64,000 nt of DNA from Candidatus Sysuimicrobiota bacterium CSP1-3. Its GTDB lineage: Bacteria > Sysuimicrobiota > Sysuimicrobiia > Sysuimicrobiales > Humicultoraceae. Each line of letters begins with the position of its first letter. Positions within the stretch are counted from its first letter, which is position 1. The notes beneath the pieces were generated by a model. That model had not been told where the DNA came from. It made no database searches and saw only the letters and a list, made by a program, of their open reading frames with translations. This document shows, one piece after another, positions 27,830 through 37,842 of the stretch. Both the position numbers and the translations under genes were made by a program. The stretch spans positions 20,473 through 84,472 of the forward strand of contig LDXQ01000003.1 in NCBI GenBank assembly GCA_001443485.1, read 5' to 3'.

Positions 27830-29554
27830 ATGCTGCCGGCCGACCGCCTGCAGGACAAACTCATCACGCTGGAGGGCAAGGGGTACGCCGCCGGCAAGGC
27901 GATCGCCGGCGCCTACCGCTTTCCGCGGTTTGTCCTCTACATCGACCACGTCCAGCCCGACCCCTTCGCGCCCCCCTCGCTGTTGCGCGTGCAGGTGGAT
28001 GTGGCGGAGACGCAGTTCCCCCGCGACCTTTGGGACACGACCACGCGCCGGGTGGCGCTGGAGGATTTCATCGTTCGCCGCTTCCGCGAAGTGGTGCGCC
28101 GGCAGGGTCGCCGCGGGGGAGGATCGGGGCGCGGCGGTGTGCTCATGGTCGATGCCGGAGGCCAGGAGATCCTCCCGCGGACCGCCTGCCGTCTGCGCGA
28201 GGAGTACGTGGAACTGCGACTTTCCCTCGGCCTGCCGGCCGAGGGGCGGAAGATCCAGGCGAAACAGGCGCAGGCGATTCTCTTTGAGGATCTGCCTGCC
28301 GCCGTCGAGGGCTCGCTGCTGTGGGCGAACGTGGACGGACGGGCCGCGCGGCGTCACGTGGAGGTGCAGGAGGATCACACCGCCTTGCTGGATGGCCTGC
28401 GCGCCAAGGGACTGGTCGCGTTCATCGCCGACGGGTCCATCTTGCCCCGGGAGAGCGGCGGGTCCGACCTACCCCTGGGGACGCCCCGCGCCGTGCCTTT
28501 CCGGTCGCCCCCGGAACTGACCGTGACGCTGCCCACACCGCACCGCGGCGCGGTCACCGGCATGGGGATTCCCGAAGGGATTACCCTCATCGTCGGCGGC
28601 GGCTTCCACGGCAAGTCCACGCTGCTTGCCGCGCTGACGCGCGGCGTCTATCCGCACGTCCCCGACGACGGGCGCGAGCACGTGGCCGCGCGCCCCGACA
28701 CCGTGAAGATCCGCTCGGAGGACGGCCGCCGGATTGCCCGCGTGGACATCAGCCCATTCATCACTAACCTCCCCTTCGGCCAGGAGACGCAGGCCTTCTC
28801 CACGGAGAACGCCAGCGGCAGCACCTCCCAGGCGGCGAACATCATGGAGGCGCTGGAGGTAGGCGCCCGCGTCCTGTTGATCGACGAGGACACCAGCGCC
28901 ACCAACTTCATGATCCGTGACGAGGCGATGCAGCGCCTGGTGCCCAAAGCGCTGGAACCGATCACGCCGTTCCTCGACCAGGTGCGCCACCTGCGCGACG
29001 CCCATGGGGTGTCCACGATCCTCGTGATGGGCGGCTCGGGCGACTACTTCCCGGTCGCCGACACCGTGATCCTCATGGAGAACTACCTGCCGCGACTGGT
29101 CACGGAGGAGGCGCGCCGCATCGCCGCGGAACGCCGCGACGGCCGCGTCAGCGAAGGGCGGGCCTTCGAGCGCGCGCGCGCCCGGGTCCCTCTCCCGCAC
29201 GGCTTTAACCCCTACCGCGACCGGCGGATCCGAGTGGACGCGAAGGGGCTGCGCACGATCGTCTTCGGCCGGGAGACGATTGACCTGAGCGCGGTGGAGC
29301 AGGTCGTGGATCCCAGCCAGACCCGCGCCATCGGCGACGCCATCTTCTACGCGCTGGAGAAGAGCTATTTCGACGGTGAGCGCACGCTCAGCCAGGTGCT
29401 GGACGCCGTCACGGCGGACATGGAGCAGCACGGGCTAGAAGTGCTGTCCACCTACGAGGGACACCCCGGGGATTACGCCCTGCCCCGCCGCAACGAAATC
29501 GCCGCCGCGATCAACCGCCTGCGCACCCTGGCCGTCCGGCAGGCGGAATCCTAA
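27830..29554 (+). CDS. ABC-ATPase domain-containing protein (COG3044-type predicted ATPase)
   Basis: 574 aa. It has an N-terminal LEGKGYAAGKAIAGAY...PDPFAPPS, a Walker-A-like GGGFHGKST and LLIDEDTSATNFM. Confidence 0.75.
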   Translation: MLPADRLQDKLITLEGKGYAAGKAIAGAYRFPRFVLYIDHVQPDPFAPPSLLRVQVDVAETQFPRDLWDTTTRRVALEDFIVRRFREVVRRQGRRGGGSGRGGVLMVDAGGQEILPRTACRLREEYVELRLSLGLPAEGRKIQAKQAQAILFEDLPAAVEGSLLWANVDGRAARRHVEVQEDHTALLDGLRAKGLVAFIADGSILPRESGGSDLPLGTPRAVPFRSPPELTVTLPTPHRGAVTGMGIPEGITLIVGGGFHGKSTLLAALTRGVYPHVPDDGREHVAARPDTVKIRSEDGRRIARVDISPFITNLPFGQETQAFSTENASGSTSQAANIMEALEVGARVLLIDEDTSATNFMIRDEAMQRLVPKALEPITPFLDQVRHLRDAHGVSTILVMGGSGDYFPVADTVILMENYLPRLVTEEARRIAAERRDGRVSEGRAFERARARVPLPHGFNPYRDRRIRVDAKGLRTIVFGRETIDLSAVEQVVDPSQTRAIGDAIFYALEKSYFDGERTLSQVLDAVTADMEQHGLEVLSTYEGHPGDYALPRRNEIAAAINRLRTLAVRQAES

Positions 29555-29689
29555 GACCTCCCTCCGCCGGGCGACTCCGAGGGCCGGTGACCCCAGCCTG
29601 CGGACGGAGGATTCCGTTTGCGGAAAACGAACGTTTCGTTCCATCCAAAACCGCGCACTGTCGGCCATATTCAGCCAGGGAGGACGCGT

Positions 29690-31048
29690 ATGCCGCAGAC
29701 CAAGTTCGTCCTGGAGGAGCGGGATCTGCCGAAGGCCTGGTACAACATTCTGCCGGATTTGCCGCTGCCGTTGCCTCCGGTCATTCACCCCGCCACCAAG
29801 CAGCCCATCGGCCCGGACGACCTGGCACCACTCTTCCCGCTGGAGATCATCAAGCAGGAGGTCTCCACCGAGCGGGAGATCGAGATCCCCGAGCCCGTGC
29901 GGGACGTCTACCGGCTCTGGCGGCCCACACCGCTGCACCGGGCCCACCGCCTGGAGCGCGCCCTGGGGACCCCCGCGCACATCTACTACAAGTACGAGGG
30001 CACCAGTCCCGCCGGCAGCCACAAGCCGAACACCGCCTTGGCGCAGGCCTTCTACAACAAGCAGGCCGGGGCGCGGCGCCTGACTACCGAGACCGGCGCG
30101 GGGCAGTGGGGCAGCGCGCTCGCCATGGCCTGCCAGTTCTTCGGACTGGAGTGCACCGTCTACATGGTCCGCGTGTCCTATGAACAGAAACCCTACCGCC
30201 GCGTGATGATGGAGACCTGGGGCGCGGAGGTCCTGCCCAGCCCCAGCGAGCGGACGAACGCCGGCCGGGGGATCCGGGCGAAAGACCCCCAATCCCCGGG
30301 GAGCCTGGGCATCGCCATCAGCGAAGCCGTGGAAGATGCCGTCACTCACGACGACACCAAGTACTCCATCGGCAGCGTGGCTAACCACGTGCTCCTGCAC
30401 CAGACCGTCATCGGGCTGGAGGCGAAGAAGCAGATGGAACTGGCCGGCGAGTATCCGGACGTGGTCATCGGCTGCGTGGGCGGCGGCAGCAACTACTCCG
30501 GTCTGGCCTATCCCTTCCTGGCGGACAAGTTCAAGGGGCAGAAGACGCGCTTCGTCGCCGTCGAACCGGAGGCCTGCCCCTCGCTCACGCGCGGCGCCTA
30601 CCTCTACGACTTCGGCGACACCGCCGCAACCACGCCCCTCTTTAAGATGTACACGCTGGGCCACACGTTTGTCCCGCCGGGCATCCACGCCGGCGGGCTG
30701 CGCTACCATGGCGACGCCCCCTCGCTCTGCCTGCTCTACGATGCGGGCTACGTCGAGGCGGCGGCCTACGGGCAGCGGGCGGTCTTCGAGGCGGCCCTGC
30801 AGTTTGCCCGCAACGAGGGGATCATCCCCGCGCCGGAGTCGGCGCACGCGGTGCGCCGGGCGATCGACGAGGCGCTGGAGGCGCGGGAACGCGGCGAGCG
30901 ACGCGTCATCCTCTTCAACTTGAGCGGGCACGGGCACTTCGACCTGAAGGCCTACGAGGAGTACCTCAGCGGCCGGCTGGAAGACTTCGCCTATCCGGCG
31001 GAGGCGGTCGAGGCGGCGTCGCGCGAACTGGCGCTGCTGCAGCCCTAA
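29690..31048 (+). CDS. trpB2: TrpB-like PLP enzyme (tryptophan synthase beta, TrpB2 class)
   Basis: ATG 29690 follows GGGAGGA. It has the TrpB2-type N-terminus [13 protein letters not shown], the PLP lysine region [11 protein letters not shown] and GGGSNYSG. Confidence 0.85.
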   Translation: MPQTKFVLEERDLPKAWYNILPDLPLPLPPVIHPATKQPIGPDDLAPLFPLEIIKQEVSTEREIEIPEPVRDVYRLWRPTPLHRAHRLERALGTPAHIYYKYEGTSPAGSHKPNTALAQAFYNKQAGARRLTTETGAGQWGSALAMACQFFGLECTVYMVRVSYEQKPYRRVMMETWGAEVLPSPSERTNAGRGIRAKDPQSPGSLGIAISEAVEDAVTHDDTKYSIGSVANHVLLHQTVIGLEAKKQMELAGEYPDVVIGCVGGGSNYSGLAYPFLADKFKGQKTRFVAVEPEACPSLTRGAYLYDFGDTAATTPLFKMYTLGHTFVPPGIHAGGLRYHGDAPSLCLLYDAGYVEAAAYGQRAVFEAALQFARNEGIIPAPESAHAVRRAIDEALEARERGERRVILFNLSGHGHFDLKAYEEYLSGRLEDFAYPAEAVEAASRELALLQP

Positions 31049-31147
31049 ACGTCCACCGATCCTCCCGCTCCGCACGGTCGCGCGGAACGTGCTTGGGGAG
31101 TCGCGCGTCTAACGTGGCGACTTCACCTCGCGAAGGAAGGTGCGACG

Positions 31148-31852
31148 ATGCAGCGGATCTTGTGGGGAGGCGTTGTCCTGTTCGTGATGCTGGGTGTTGC
31201 GGGCGCGGTGCTGCCGCCGCTGGTGCCGGCGGCCAGCGCGCAGCCACCGCCGGAGGTGCAGTTCGACATCACGGGCGTGGGGCGGGTGGGTCTGGAACCC
31301 GACTACGGCATCGTCGTCTTCGCCGTGCGGTCGATCAGCCGGACGGCGCAGGGGGCGATCGGCGAGAACGCCCGCGCCATCGACGCCCTGACGAAAGCCC
31401 TGCGCACCTTTACCCGCCCGGGTGACCGGATCGAGACCGCGGGCTTCCAGCTGGGACCGGAGCGCGGGGGGTTCGTCGTGGTGAACCAGGTGCAGGTGCG
31501 CACCACGCAAGTGCAGGAGGTCGGACGGCTCATCGACCTGGCGGTGGGCGCGGGCGCGGACGACATCAGCGCGGTGGCCTTCGGGCGGGAGCACACCAAG
31601 GAGGCCGCGCAGCGCGCCGTCCGCGAGGCGATGCAGCGCGCCCGGGAGAACGCCGAGGCGGTGGCCGCGGGCCTGGGGATGCGGGTGCAGCGCATCACGC
31701 ACATCGAGCCCTCGCTGGAACAGATCGAGGGCCCGCTGGTGGCGCGGGACTATGCGCCGGCGTCCCGGCCGGCGATGGAGCCGACGCAGATCCAGCCCGG
31801 TCGCCTCACGCTGACGGCGCACGTGCGCGTGCGGTTCCTGCTCGGTCCGTAA
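31148..31852 (+). CDS. SIMPL (DUF541) domain protein, secreted
   Basis: It has a signal anchor and SIMPL-like segments (AIGENARAIDALTKAL...QPGRLTLTAHVRVRF). Confidence 0.7.
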   Translation: MQRILWGGVVLFVMLGVAGAVLPPLVPAASAQPPPEVQFDITGVGRVGLEPDYGIVVFAVRSISRTAQGAIGENARAIDALTKALRTFTRPGDRIETAGFQLGPERGGFVVVNQVQVRTTQVQEVGRLIDLAVGAGADDISAVAFGREHTKEAAQRAVREAMQRARENAEAVAAGLGMRVQRITHIEPSLEQIEGPLVARDYAPASRPAMEPTQIQPGRLTLTAHVRVRFLLGP

Positions 31853-31887
31853 CGCCAGGCTGACCAAGACGCGGAACGGAGGCAGGG

Positions 31888-32364
31888 ATGGGGATCGATC
31901 TGCCGGGTTGGCTAGCGGAGCGACTCGAGCGGACGTACGGCGAAGGGAACTGGGCGGGGAAGGGAATCCGCCCGGCGCTGGAGGGCCTCACCGCGGCCGA
32001 GGCGCACTGGCGGCCCGTCCCCGCCCAGCACACCATCGCCGAAATCGCCTGGCACATGGCGTACTGGTGTTGGAAGGTGGCGCACTGGCTCGATCCAGAC
32101 GCCGTCACCGACCCGGGGGAGGAGGGGTGGCAGCCCGTCGCGCCGACTCCTGAGGCCTGGCTCGAGGTGCAGCTGGAACTGGAGCGCGCACACGGGGCCG
32201 CCGCCGCCGTGATCCGGAAATTCGCCTCTGCCGCGCTCGCCGACAGAGCGGACGGTCCCTGGACGAAACTGGACGTGGTCGTCGATCTCGCCACGCACGA
32301 CTCCTATCACGCCGCCCAGATCTTCGCCCTGCGCCGCTGGTACGCGGCGGCGCAGGGCGCCTGA
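31888..32364 (+). CDS. DinB family protein
   Basis: AEIAWHMAYW and THDSYHAAQI form the DinB/DinB_2 His-triad pattern. Confidence 0.75.
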   Translation: MGIDLPGWLAERLERTYGEGNWAGKGIRPALEGLTAAEAHWRPVPAQHTIAEIAWHMAYWCWKVAHWLDPDAVTDPGEEGWQPVAPTPEAWLEVQLELERAHGAAAAVIRKFASAALADRADGPWTKLDVVVDLATHDSYHAAQIFALRRWYAAAQGA

Positions 32365-32413
32365 CGCACTAGCGCGCGCCGTCGCGGGAGCAGGAGTCCG
32401 GCGGCGGCAGGGC

Positions 32414-32452
32414 GAATCACCCGGCATCACACGAAAAGTTGAAGGGTGATTC
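32414..32452. promoter_or_regulatory. Inverted repeat at the TetR gene start (candidate operator or leader hairpin)
   Basis: GAATCACCC (32414-32422), 21 nt, then GGGTGATTC (32444-32452). The right arm overlaps the GTG at 32446. Confidence 0.35.
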
Positions 32453-33084
32453 ACCTGGCAACTTCCAGGCGGCGGCCGGTCACCCATCCCAAGGGGGCGC
32501 GGGGGCGGCGCACCCGGCAGCAGTTGCTGGATGCCGCGGAGGCCGCCTTCGGCCGCCGCGGCTACTTCGAAACCTCCATCACCGACATCACCCGCCGGGT
32601 GGGCGTGGCCCAGGGCACCTTCTACGTCTACTTCCCCAGCAAGCGCGCCATCTTCACAGAACTCGTGCGCGAGCGCAGCCGCGATCTGCGCCGCACCATC
32701 CAGGAGGCCGTGCGCGGCGCCGCCGACCGGCGGGAGGTGGAGCGCCTGGGCTTCCAGGCCTTCTTCCGCTTCATCCACCGTCACCGCTCGATGTACCGCA
32801 TCGTCCGCCAGGCGGAGTTCGTCGACCCCGCGCTGTTTCGCTGGTACTACCGGCGCTTCGCCCAGGGGTACGTGCGCGGGCTGAAGGAGGCCATGGGCGA
32901 CGGGCAGATCCGGTCGCTGCGTCCCGAGGTGCTGGCCTACTGCCTGATGGGGATCGGGGATTTCCTGGGCATGCGCTGGGTGCTCTGGGAGAAGAGCGGC
33001 CCGCGGCCGGCCGTGATCGAAACGATGATGGACTTCATCCTGCGGGGCATCGACGCAGCGGCGGGGGGCAGGCGGAGCCGATGA
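32446..33084 (+). CDS. TetR/AcrR family transcriptional regulator
   Basis: The HTH region is RTRQQLLDAAEAAFGRRGYFETSITDITRRVGVAQGTFYVYFPSK. Confidence 0.9.
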   Translation: MIHLATSRRRPVTHPKGARGRRTRQQLLDAAEAAFGRRGYFETSITDITRRVGVAQGTFYVYFPSKRAIFTELVRERSRDLRRTIQEAVRGAADRREVERLGFQAFFRFIHRHRSMYRIVRQAEFVDPALFRWYYRRFAQGYVRGLKEAMGDGQIRSLRPEVLAYCLMGIGDFLGMRWVLWEKSGPRPAVIETMMDFILRGIDAAAGGRRSR

Positions 33085-34082
33085 AGCCCGGCGTCTCGAT
33101 CGTGGGGATCGGCACCTACTTCCCCGCAGCCTACCAGACGAGCGCAGAGATCGCCGCGGCCACGGGCATTCCTCAAGCGGTCATCGAGCAGAAGTTCGGG
33201 CTGCGCGGCAAACACGTCGCCGCCCCGGACGAGCACGTCTCCACGATGGCCGTGCGGGCGGCGCAGTCCCTGCTGGAGATCGGCGCGGCCGCGGAGATCG
33301 ACGCGGTGATCTACTTCGCCAGCGCGCACAAGGACTATTACCTCTGGTCTGTGGCGCCAAAGATCCAACACGAACTCGGCTTGACCGGCGCCTTCACCTT
33401 CGAACTGATGGACACCAGCGCTTGCGGACCGATCGCCCTCAAAGTGGCCCGGGATATGCTGGTCGCCGACGAGTCGGTGCGGGCCATTCTCCTCGTGGGC
33501 GCGAGCCGCGAGTCCTCCGTGATCGACTACCGCAATCAGCGCTCGCGCTTTGCCTTCAGCTTCGCCGACGGCGCGGCGGCCGTGCTGCTGCGGCGGGGTG
33601 AGGACGGGCACCGCGTTCTGGAGTCGGCCATTCGCACCGACGGCTCGTTTGCCAACGACGTCCATATCCCCGCGGGCGGCTCGGTGCACCCCGCCTCGGC
33701 GGAGACCCTGGAGCGGCGGATGCACTACCTGGACGTGACCGACCCGGAGCGGATGAAGGCGCGGCTGGATCCGATCTCGTTGGACCACTTCGTCGACGTA
33801 GTGCGGCGCGCCGTGGAACGCAGCGGGTACGCGCTGGACGATCTGGCCTTCCTCGCCCCGCTGCACACGAAACGGTCGCTTTTCGAAGCGCTGCTGCGGG
33901 CACTGGGCCTGGGGGAGCAGCAGTCGTTCTATCTCGCGGAGTTCGGACACATGGCGGCGATCGACCCGTTTGTCGTCCTGGCCGAGGCCGACCGGCGAGG
34001 GCGGCTGCGGCCGGGCGATCTAGTGGTCACGCTGAGCGCGGGGACGGGATACACGTGGGCGGCGACGGCGATCCTGTGGTAG
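33081..34082 (+). CDS. 3-oxoacyl-ACP synthase III (FabH)-like condensing-enzyme family protein, divergent
   Basis: ATG 33081 overlaps the TetR stop (ATGA). The active-site Cys context is MDTSACGPIAL. The FabH HQAN region reads PLHTK and the GNTSAAS region reads FGHMAAID. Confidence 0.75.
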   Translation: MKPGVSIVGIGTYFPAAYQTSAEIAAATGIPQAVIEQKFGLRGKHVAAPDEHVSTMAVRAAQSLLEIGAAAEIDAVIYFASAHKDYYLWSVAPKIQHELGLTGAFTFELMDTSACGPIALKVARDMLVADESVRAILLVGASRESSVIDYRNQRSRFAFSFADGAAAVLLRRGEDGHRVLESAIRTDGSFANDVHIPAGGSVHPASAETLERRMHYLDVTDPERMKARLDPISLDHFVDVVRRAVERSGYALDDLAFLAPLHTKRSLFEALLRALGLGEQQSFYLAEFGHMAAIDPFVVLAEADRRGRLRPGDLVVTLSAGTGYTWAATAILW

Positions 34083-34108
34083 CGGCGCTGCATCCCGGCC
34101 GGCGGGTA

Positions 34109-35641
34109 ATGCGCGAGGCGACGGCCTGGGGCATCTGGCACTGGCTGGAGCGCCGGGCGGACCGCGATCCGGAGAAGATCGCGCTGATCGACGGCGGACG
34201 TCGCCTGACCTATCAGGCCCTGCGCGACCGCGTCGGCTCCCTCGCCGGGGGACTGCGGGCCCTCGGTGTGCGGCGGGGCGACCGCGTGGCGGTGCTCTCG
34301 ATGAACCGCGGCGAGTACATCGAGGTGCTGTTCGCCTCGGCACGGCTGGGCGCCGTGCTCGTCCCCCTGAACTGGCGGCTCACCGCGCGCGAACTCGCCT
34401 TCCAGCTTGGCGACAGCCGCCCCGCGGTCCTCGTTGCCGATCCGGCTCTGGGGCCGCTGGTAGAATCGCTGCGCGACGAAGCGGAGGCGCGCTCGCTGGA
34501 ACACACCGTGGCCCTCGCGGGCGAGGGCGCGATCGATCGGTCGCAGGCCTACGCCACATTGTTGGATCAGCCGGCGGCCGCCGCGGAGGGAACGTTCGAC
34601 GACCCGCTGCTGATCATGTACACCTCCGGCACGACAGGCCGACCGAAGGGCGCGGTGCTCACCCAGGGCACACAGTTCTGGAACAGCGTGAACATCTCGA
34701 CGGCGATCGGCCTGACCGAACGGGACGTCACCCTCAACGTGCTACCGATGTTTCACACCGGCGGCATCGGACTGTACACCCTGCCCACGCTGCACATGGG
34801 TGCCACCGCGGTCCTGCTGCGGCAGTTCGATCCTGAAGCGGCGGTGCGCTTGATCGAGGCGCACCAGGTCACCGCTATGTTCGGCGTGCCCTCGATCTAC
34901 CTGATGCTCCTGCAGTCCGAGTCGTTCCGGGGGGCCGACCTGCGGCGCGTCCGGTTTGCCTGCGGCGGTGCGCCCTGCCCGCTGGTGATCATCGAGGCCT
35001 TCCGCGACCGCGGCCTGCTCTTCCAGCAGGGCTACGGCCTGACGGAGACCGCGCCCACCTTCACGCTGATCCCCGCCGCCGACGCCTTTCGCAAGGCGGG
35101 CTCGGTGGGGAAGACGGCGCTGCACGTCGAGGGGCGCGTCGTAGACGAGGAGGGGCGGGACGTGCCACCGGGAGAGGTCGGCGAGGTGTGGGCGCGCGGG
35201 CCCAACCTCTTCTCGGGGTACTGGGAGCGGCCGGAGGCCGACGCTGAGGTCTTCACCCCCGACGGATGGTTCCGGACCGGGGATCTGGCCCGTATGGACG
35301 CGGAGGGATTCCTCTACATCGTGGACCGGAAGAAAGACATGCTGATCTCCGGCGGGGAGAACGTCTACCCGGCGGAGGTGGAGGAGGTCCTCTACCGCCA
35401 TCCGGCGGTGGCGGAGGCGGCGGTGATCGGTGTGCCCAACGAGCGGTGGGGGGAGGTGCCGATGGCCATCGTCGTCACCAGACCCGGGCAGAGCGTCGCC
35501 GCCGAGGAACTGATCCGCTTCTGCGAGGCCAAACTCGCCCGCTACAAGATCCCGAAAGCCGTGGCGTTCACAGACGTCCTGCCGCGCAACGCCGCGGGCA
35601 AGGTACTGAAGCGCGTGCTGCGCGAGCAGTTTGGGGCCTGA
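34109..35641 (+). CDS. Acyl-CoA synthetase / AMP-dependent ligase
   Basis: ATG 34109. Motifs are the AMP-binding YTSGTTGRPKG, GYGLTET, TGDLARMD and ISGGENVYPAEVE. Confidence 0.9.
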   Translation: MREATAWGIWHWLERRADRDPEKIALIDGGRRLTYQALRDRVGSLAGGLRALGVRRGDRVAVLSMNRGEYIEVLFASARLGAVLVPLNWRLTARELAFQLGDSRPAVLVADPALGPLVESLRDEAEARSLEHTVALAGEGAIDRSQAYATLLDQPAAAAEGTFDDPLLIMYTSGTTGRPKGAVLTQGTQFWNSVNISTAIGLTERDVTLNVLPMFHTGGIGLYTLPTLHMGATAVLLRQFDPEAAVRLIEAHQVTAMFGVPSIYLMLLQSESFRGADLRRVRFACGGAPCPLVIIEAFRDRGLLFQQGYGLTETAPTFTLIPAADAFRKAGSVGKTALHVEGRVVDEEGRDVPPGEVGEVWARGPNLFSGYWERPEADAEVFTPDGWFRTGDLARMDAEGFLYIVDRKKDMLISGGENVYPAEVEEVLYRHPAVAEAAVIGVPNERWGEVPMAIVVTRPGQSVAAEELIRFCEAKLARYKIPKAVAFTDVLPRNAAGKVLKRVLREQFGA

Positions 35642-35644
35642 GCG

Positions 35645-36442
35645 GTGCCGTCCGCGAAGGTGAACGGAATCACCCTCTACTACGAGGCGGCTGGCCGCGG
35701 CCCGGCCGTGGTGCTGATCGGCGGGCTGGGGGCGGACGGGCATTTCTGGTACAAGCAGGTCGCGGCGCTGGTCGAACGGTTCACGGTCGTCACCCCGGAC
35801 AACCGCGGCGCCGGGCGGAGCGACAAGCCCGACGGACCCTACACCACGTCGCTCGCGGCCGACGACATTCGTGGACTGCTCGACGCCCTGGAGATACCGG
35901 TGACACACGTGGTCGGCGCATCCCTCGGCGGGTTCATCGCGCAGGAGTTCGTTCTGGCGTACCCGGAGCGGGTGGGTCGTCTGGTACTGTGCTGCACGTC
36001 GTTCGGCGGACCCCACAGCATTCCCATCGCGCCGGAGACTGTGCAAGTGCTGCTCAACCGCACCGGTGATCCCGAGCGGGACCTGCGGGCGTTTCTCCCG
36101 ATGCAGGTGGCCACCGACTACCTGGAGACCCACGCCGCGGAAGTGGACGCCTACGTGGCCTGGCGCGTGGCGCACCCGCAGCCGATGGACGCGTATCAAC
36201 ACCAACTGGCGGCGGCGCTGTCGCACAACACCGAGGAGCGCCTGCCGGCACTGCGCTGTCCGGTGCTGATCATGCACGGCGCCCAGGACCGTGTTGTCCC
36301 CGCCGGCAACGCCGCACTCCTCGCGCAGCGTATTGCCGGCGCCCGGCTACACATCTTTCCGGACGCCGGCCACCTGTTTCTCTGGGAGCGCGCAGACGAG
36401 GCGAACCGGGTGATTACAGAGTTCCTGGCGGAAGAGGCGTAG
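35645..36442 (+). CDS. Alpha/beta hydrolase
   Basis: GTG start. It has LIGGLG, the nucleophile elbow GASLGG, and a C-terminal DAGHLF. Confidence 0.85.
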   Translation: MPSAKVNGITLYYEAAGRGPAVVLIGGLGADGHFWYKQVAALVERFTVVTPDNRGAGRSDKPDGPYTTSLAADDIRGLLDALEIPVTHVVGASLGGFIAQEFVLAYPERVGRLVLCCTSFGGPHSIPIAPETVQVLLNRTGDPERDLRAFLPMQVATDYLETHAAEVDAYVAWRVAHPQPMDAYQHQLAAALSHNTEERLPALRCPVLIMHGAQDRVVPAGNAALLAQRIAGARLHIFPDAGHLFLWERADEANRVITEFLAEEA

Positions 36443-36527
36443 GACGTTCGGCCTCTCAGGCAGGGGGGTGAAACGGGACAGAGACAGGGCGCGGGCACGG
36501 CATTCACATCGTTGAGGAGGGGTTGGG

Positions 36528-37724
36528 ATGAACAGAGTCTTGCGGGGGGTGCTTGGCCTGCTTCTGCTGGCGGCGCTGGCGTTTGCCGGGACGTCCCAGC
36601 AGGTCCTGGCACAGGCCGGGCCGATCAAGATCGGAGCGATCATCCCGCTGACTGGGCCGTCGGGCCCCAGCGGGCAGGCGATGCAGAAGGGCTACCAGCT
36701 GGCCCTGGACGAGATCAACCGGCAGGGCGTGCTCGGGCGAAAGGTGGAGTTGATCGTCGAGGATGACCGCGGCGATCCGCCCACCGGCGCGGCGGCGTTC
36801 CTCAAGTTGGTCACGCGCGACCGGATCGACGTGCTGGTCGGGGGGCTGCAGTCGAGCGTCTCCATCGCCGTGGCCAGCCAGGCCCGGCAGCGGCCGATCC
36901 TGATGGCCTGGACCGGCGCGGCCTCACCGCTGGTGGAGCAGTTGCTCGCCGAGGCCGACTGGTTCTTCCACTATCACCCCTGGCAGTACAACAACGCCGA
37001 CTCGACTTGGTCGTTCATCAGGAGCACCGGCGCGAAGACCGCCACCCTGGCCATCGAGGACGGTCCCTTCGGCAGCAGCGCGGCGGACGAGGCGCCGGCG
37101 TTCGCCAGAAACTACGGCATCGCCATCGCCTCGACAGAAACCTTCAAGACCGGGGCGCCGGACCTGACGCCGATGCTGACGAAAGCGAAGGCCACCAACG
37201 CCGACGTGCTCGTCTTCGTGGGTTTCGATCAGGACGTCATCCCCATGGCCACCCAGGCGCGCCAGGTGGGATTCTCGCCCAAGCTGATTCTGGCCGCACC
37301 GCCGGGATGGCCGGTGGGGTACGAGAAGCTGGCGGCGGGCAACTACGTAGCGGGGATGGCGCTGTGGACCGCGGAAAACGCCGCTCCCGCCTCGCGCCGC
37401 TTCGTGCAGCGCTACCGGGAGAAATTCAATGAAGACCCCACCTTCTACTGGGCGCCGCTCGCCTACACCAACCTGATCACCGTGGCCGACGCGATCCGCC
37501 GCGCCGGCAGCACCGACCTGAACGCGCTGGTGGCGGCGATGAAGGCCACCAGCTACGAGGGTCCGATCGGCGTACCCCTGACCTTCAAGCGCTCGATCTA
37601 CGGGAAGAACCAGGGCTTTACTAGACTAATCGCGTTCCAATGGCAAAACGGGAAGCAGGTGGTCGTCTGGCCATCTGAGATTGCTGGCGGAAAGCTGCTG
37701 TATCCGGCGCCCTACGGGCGCTAG
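36528..37724 (+). CDS. ABC transporter substrate-binding protein (LivJ/type I PBP family)
   Basis: It has a signal peptide followed by PIKIGAIIPLTGPSGPSGQAMQKGYQLALDEIN. Confidence 0.85.
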   Translation: MNRVLRGVLGLLLLAALAFAGTSQQVLAQAGPIKIGAIIPLTGPSGPSGQAMQKGYQLALDEINRQGVLGRKVELIVEDDRGDPPTGAAAFLKLVTRDRIDVLVGGLQSSVSIAVASQARQRPILMAWTGAASPLVEQLLAEADWFFHYHPWQYNNADSTWSFIRSTGAKTATLAIEDGPFGSSAADEAPAFARNYGIAIASTETFKTGAPDLTPMLTKAKATNADVLVFVGFDQDVIPMATQARQVGFSPKLILAAPPGWPVGYEKLAAGNYVAGMALWTAENAAPASRRFVQRYREKFNEDPTFYWAPLAYTNLITVADAIRRAGSTDLNALVAAMKATSYEGPIGVPLTFKRSIYGKNQGFTRLIAFQWQNGKQVVVWPSEIAGGKLLYPAPYGR

Positions 37725-37725
37725 T

Positions 37726-37798
37726 GGCGCGCCGGGAGGGCGGATGTGCGGGGGTCCCCGTGAGTAGTTCGGGGGACGCATCCGCCCTCCCGCGCGCC
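37726..37798 (+). promoter_or_regulatory. Long intercistronic stem-loop between the binding-protein and permease genes
   Basis: GGCGCGCCGGGAGGGCGGATGTGCG pairs with CGCATCCGCCCTCCCGCGCGCC over about 22 bp with two bulges. It encloses an inner hairpin TCCCCG/CGGGGA. There is no U-tract. Confidence 0.5.
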
Positions 37799-37842
37799 TG
37801 ACAGGGGTTCGCTAGGGGGCCGCCATCCAGACTTTCGTCCAG

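Noticed and set aside
29435-31075. 546-aa minus-strand ORF
   Set aside because: It is antisense to trpB2, which has the PLP-lysine and TrpB2 N-terminal motifs. It is a shadow ORF.
32439-33080. N-terminal 214 codons of the 547-aa ORF (32439..34082)
   Set aside because: It is an alternate frame of the TetR gene. The KASIII-like protein starts at ATG 33081, which overlaps the TetR stop.
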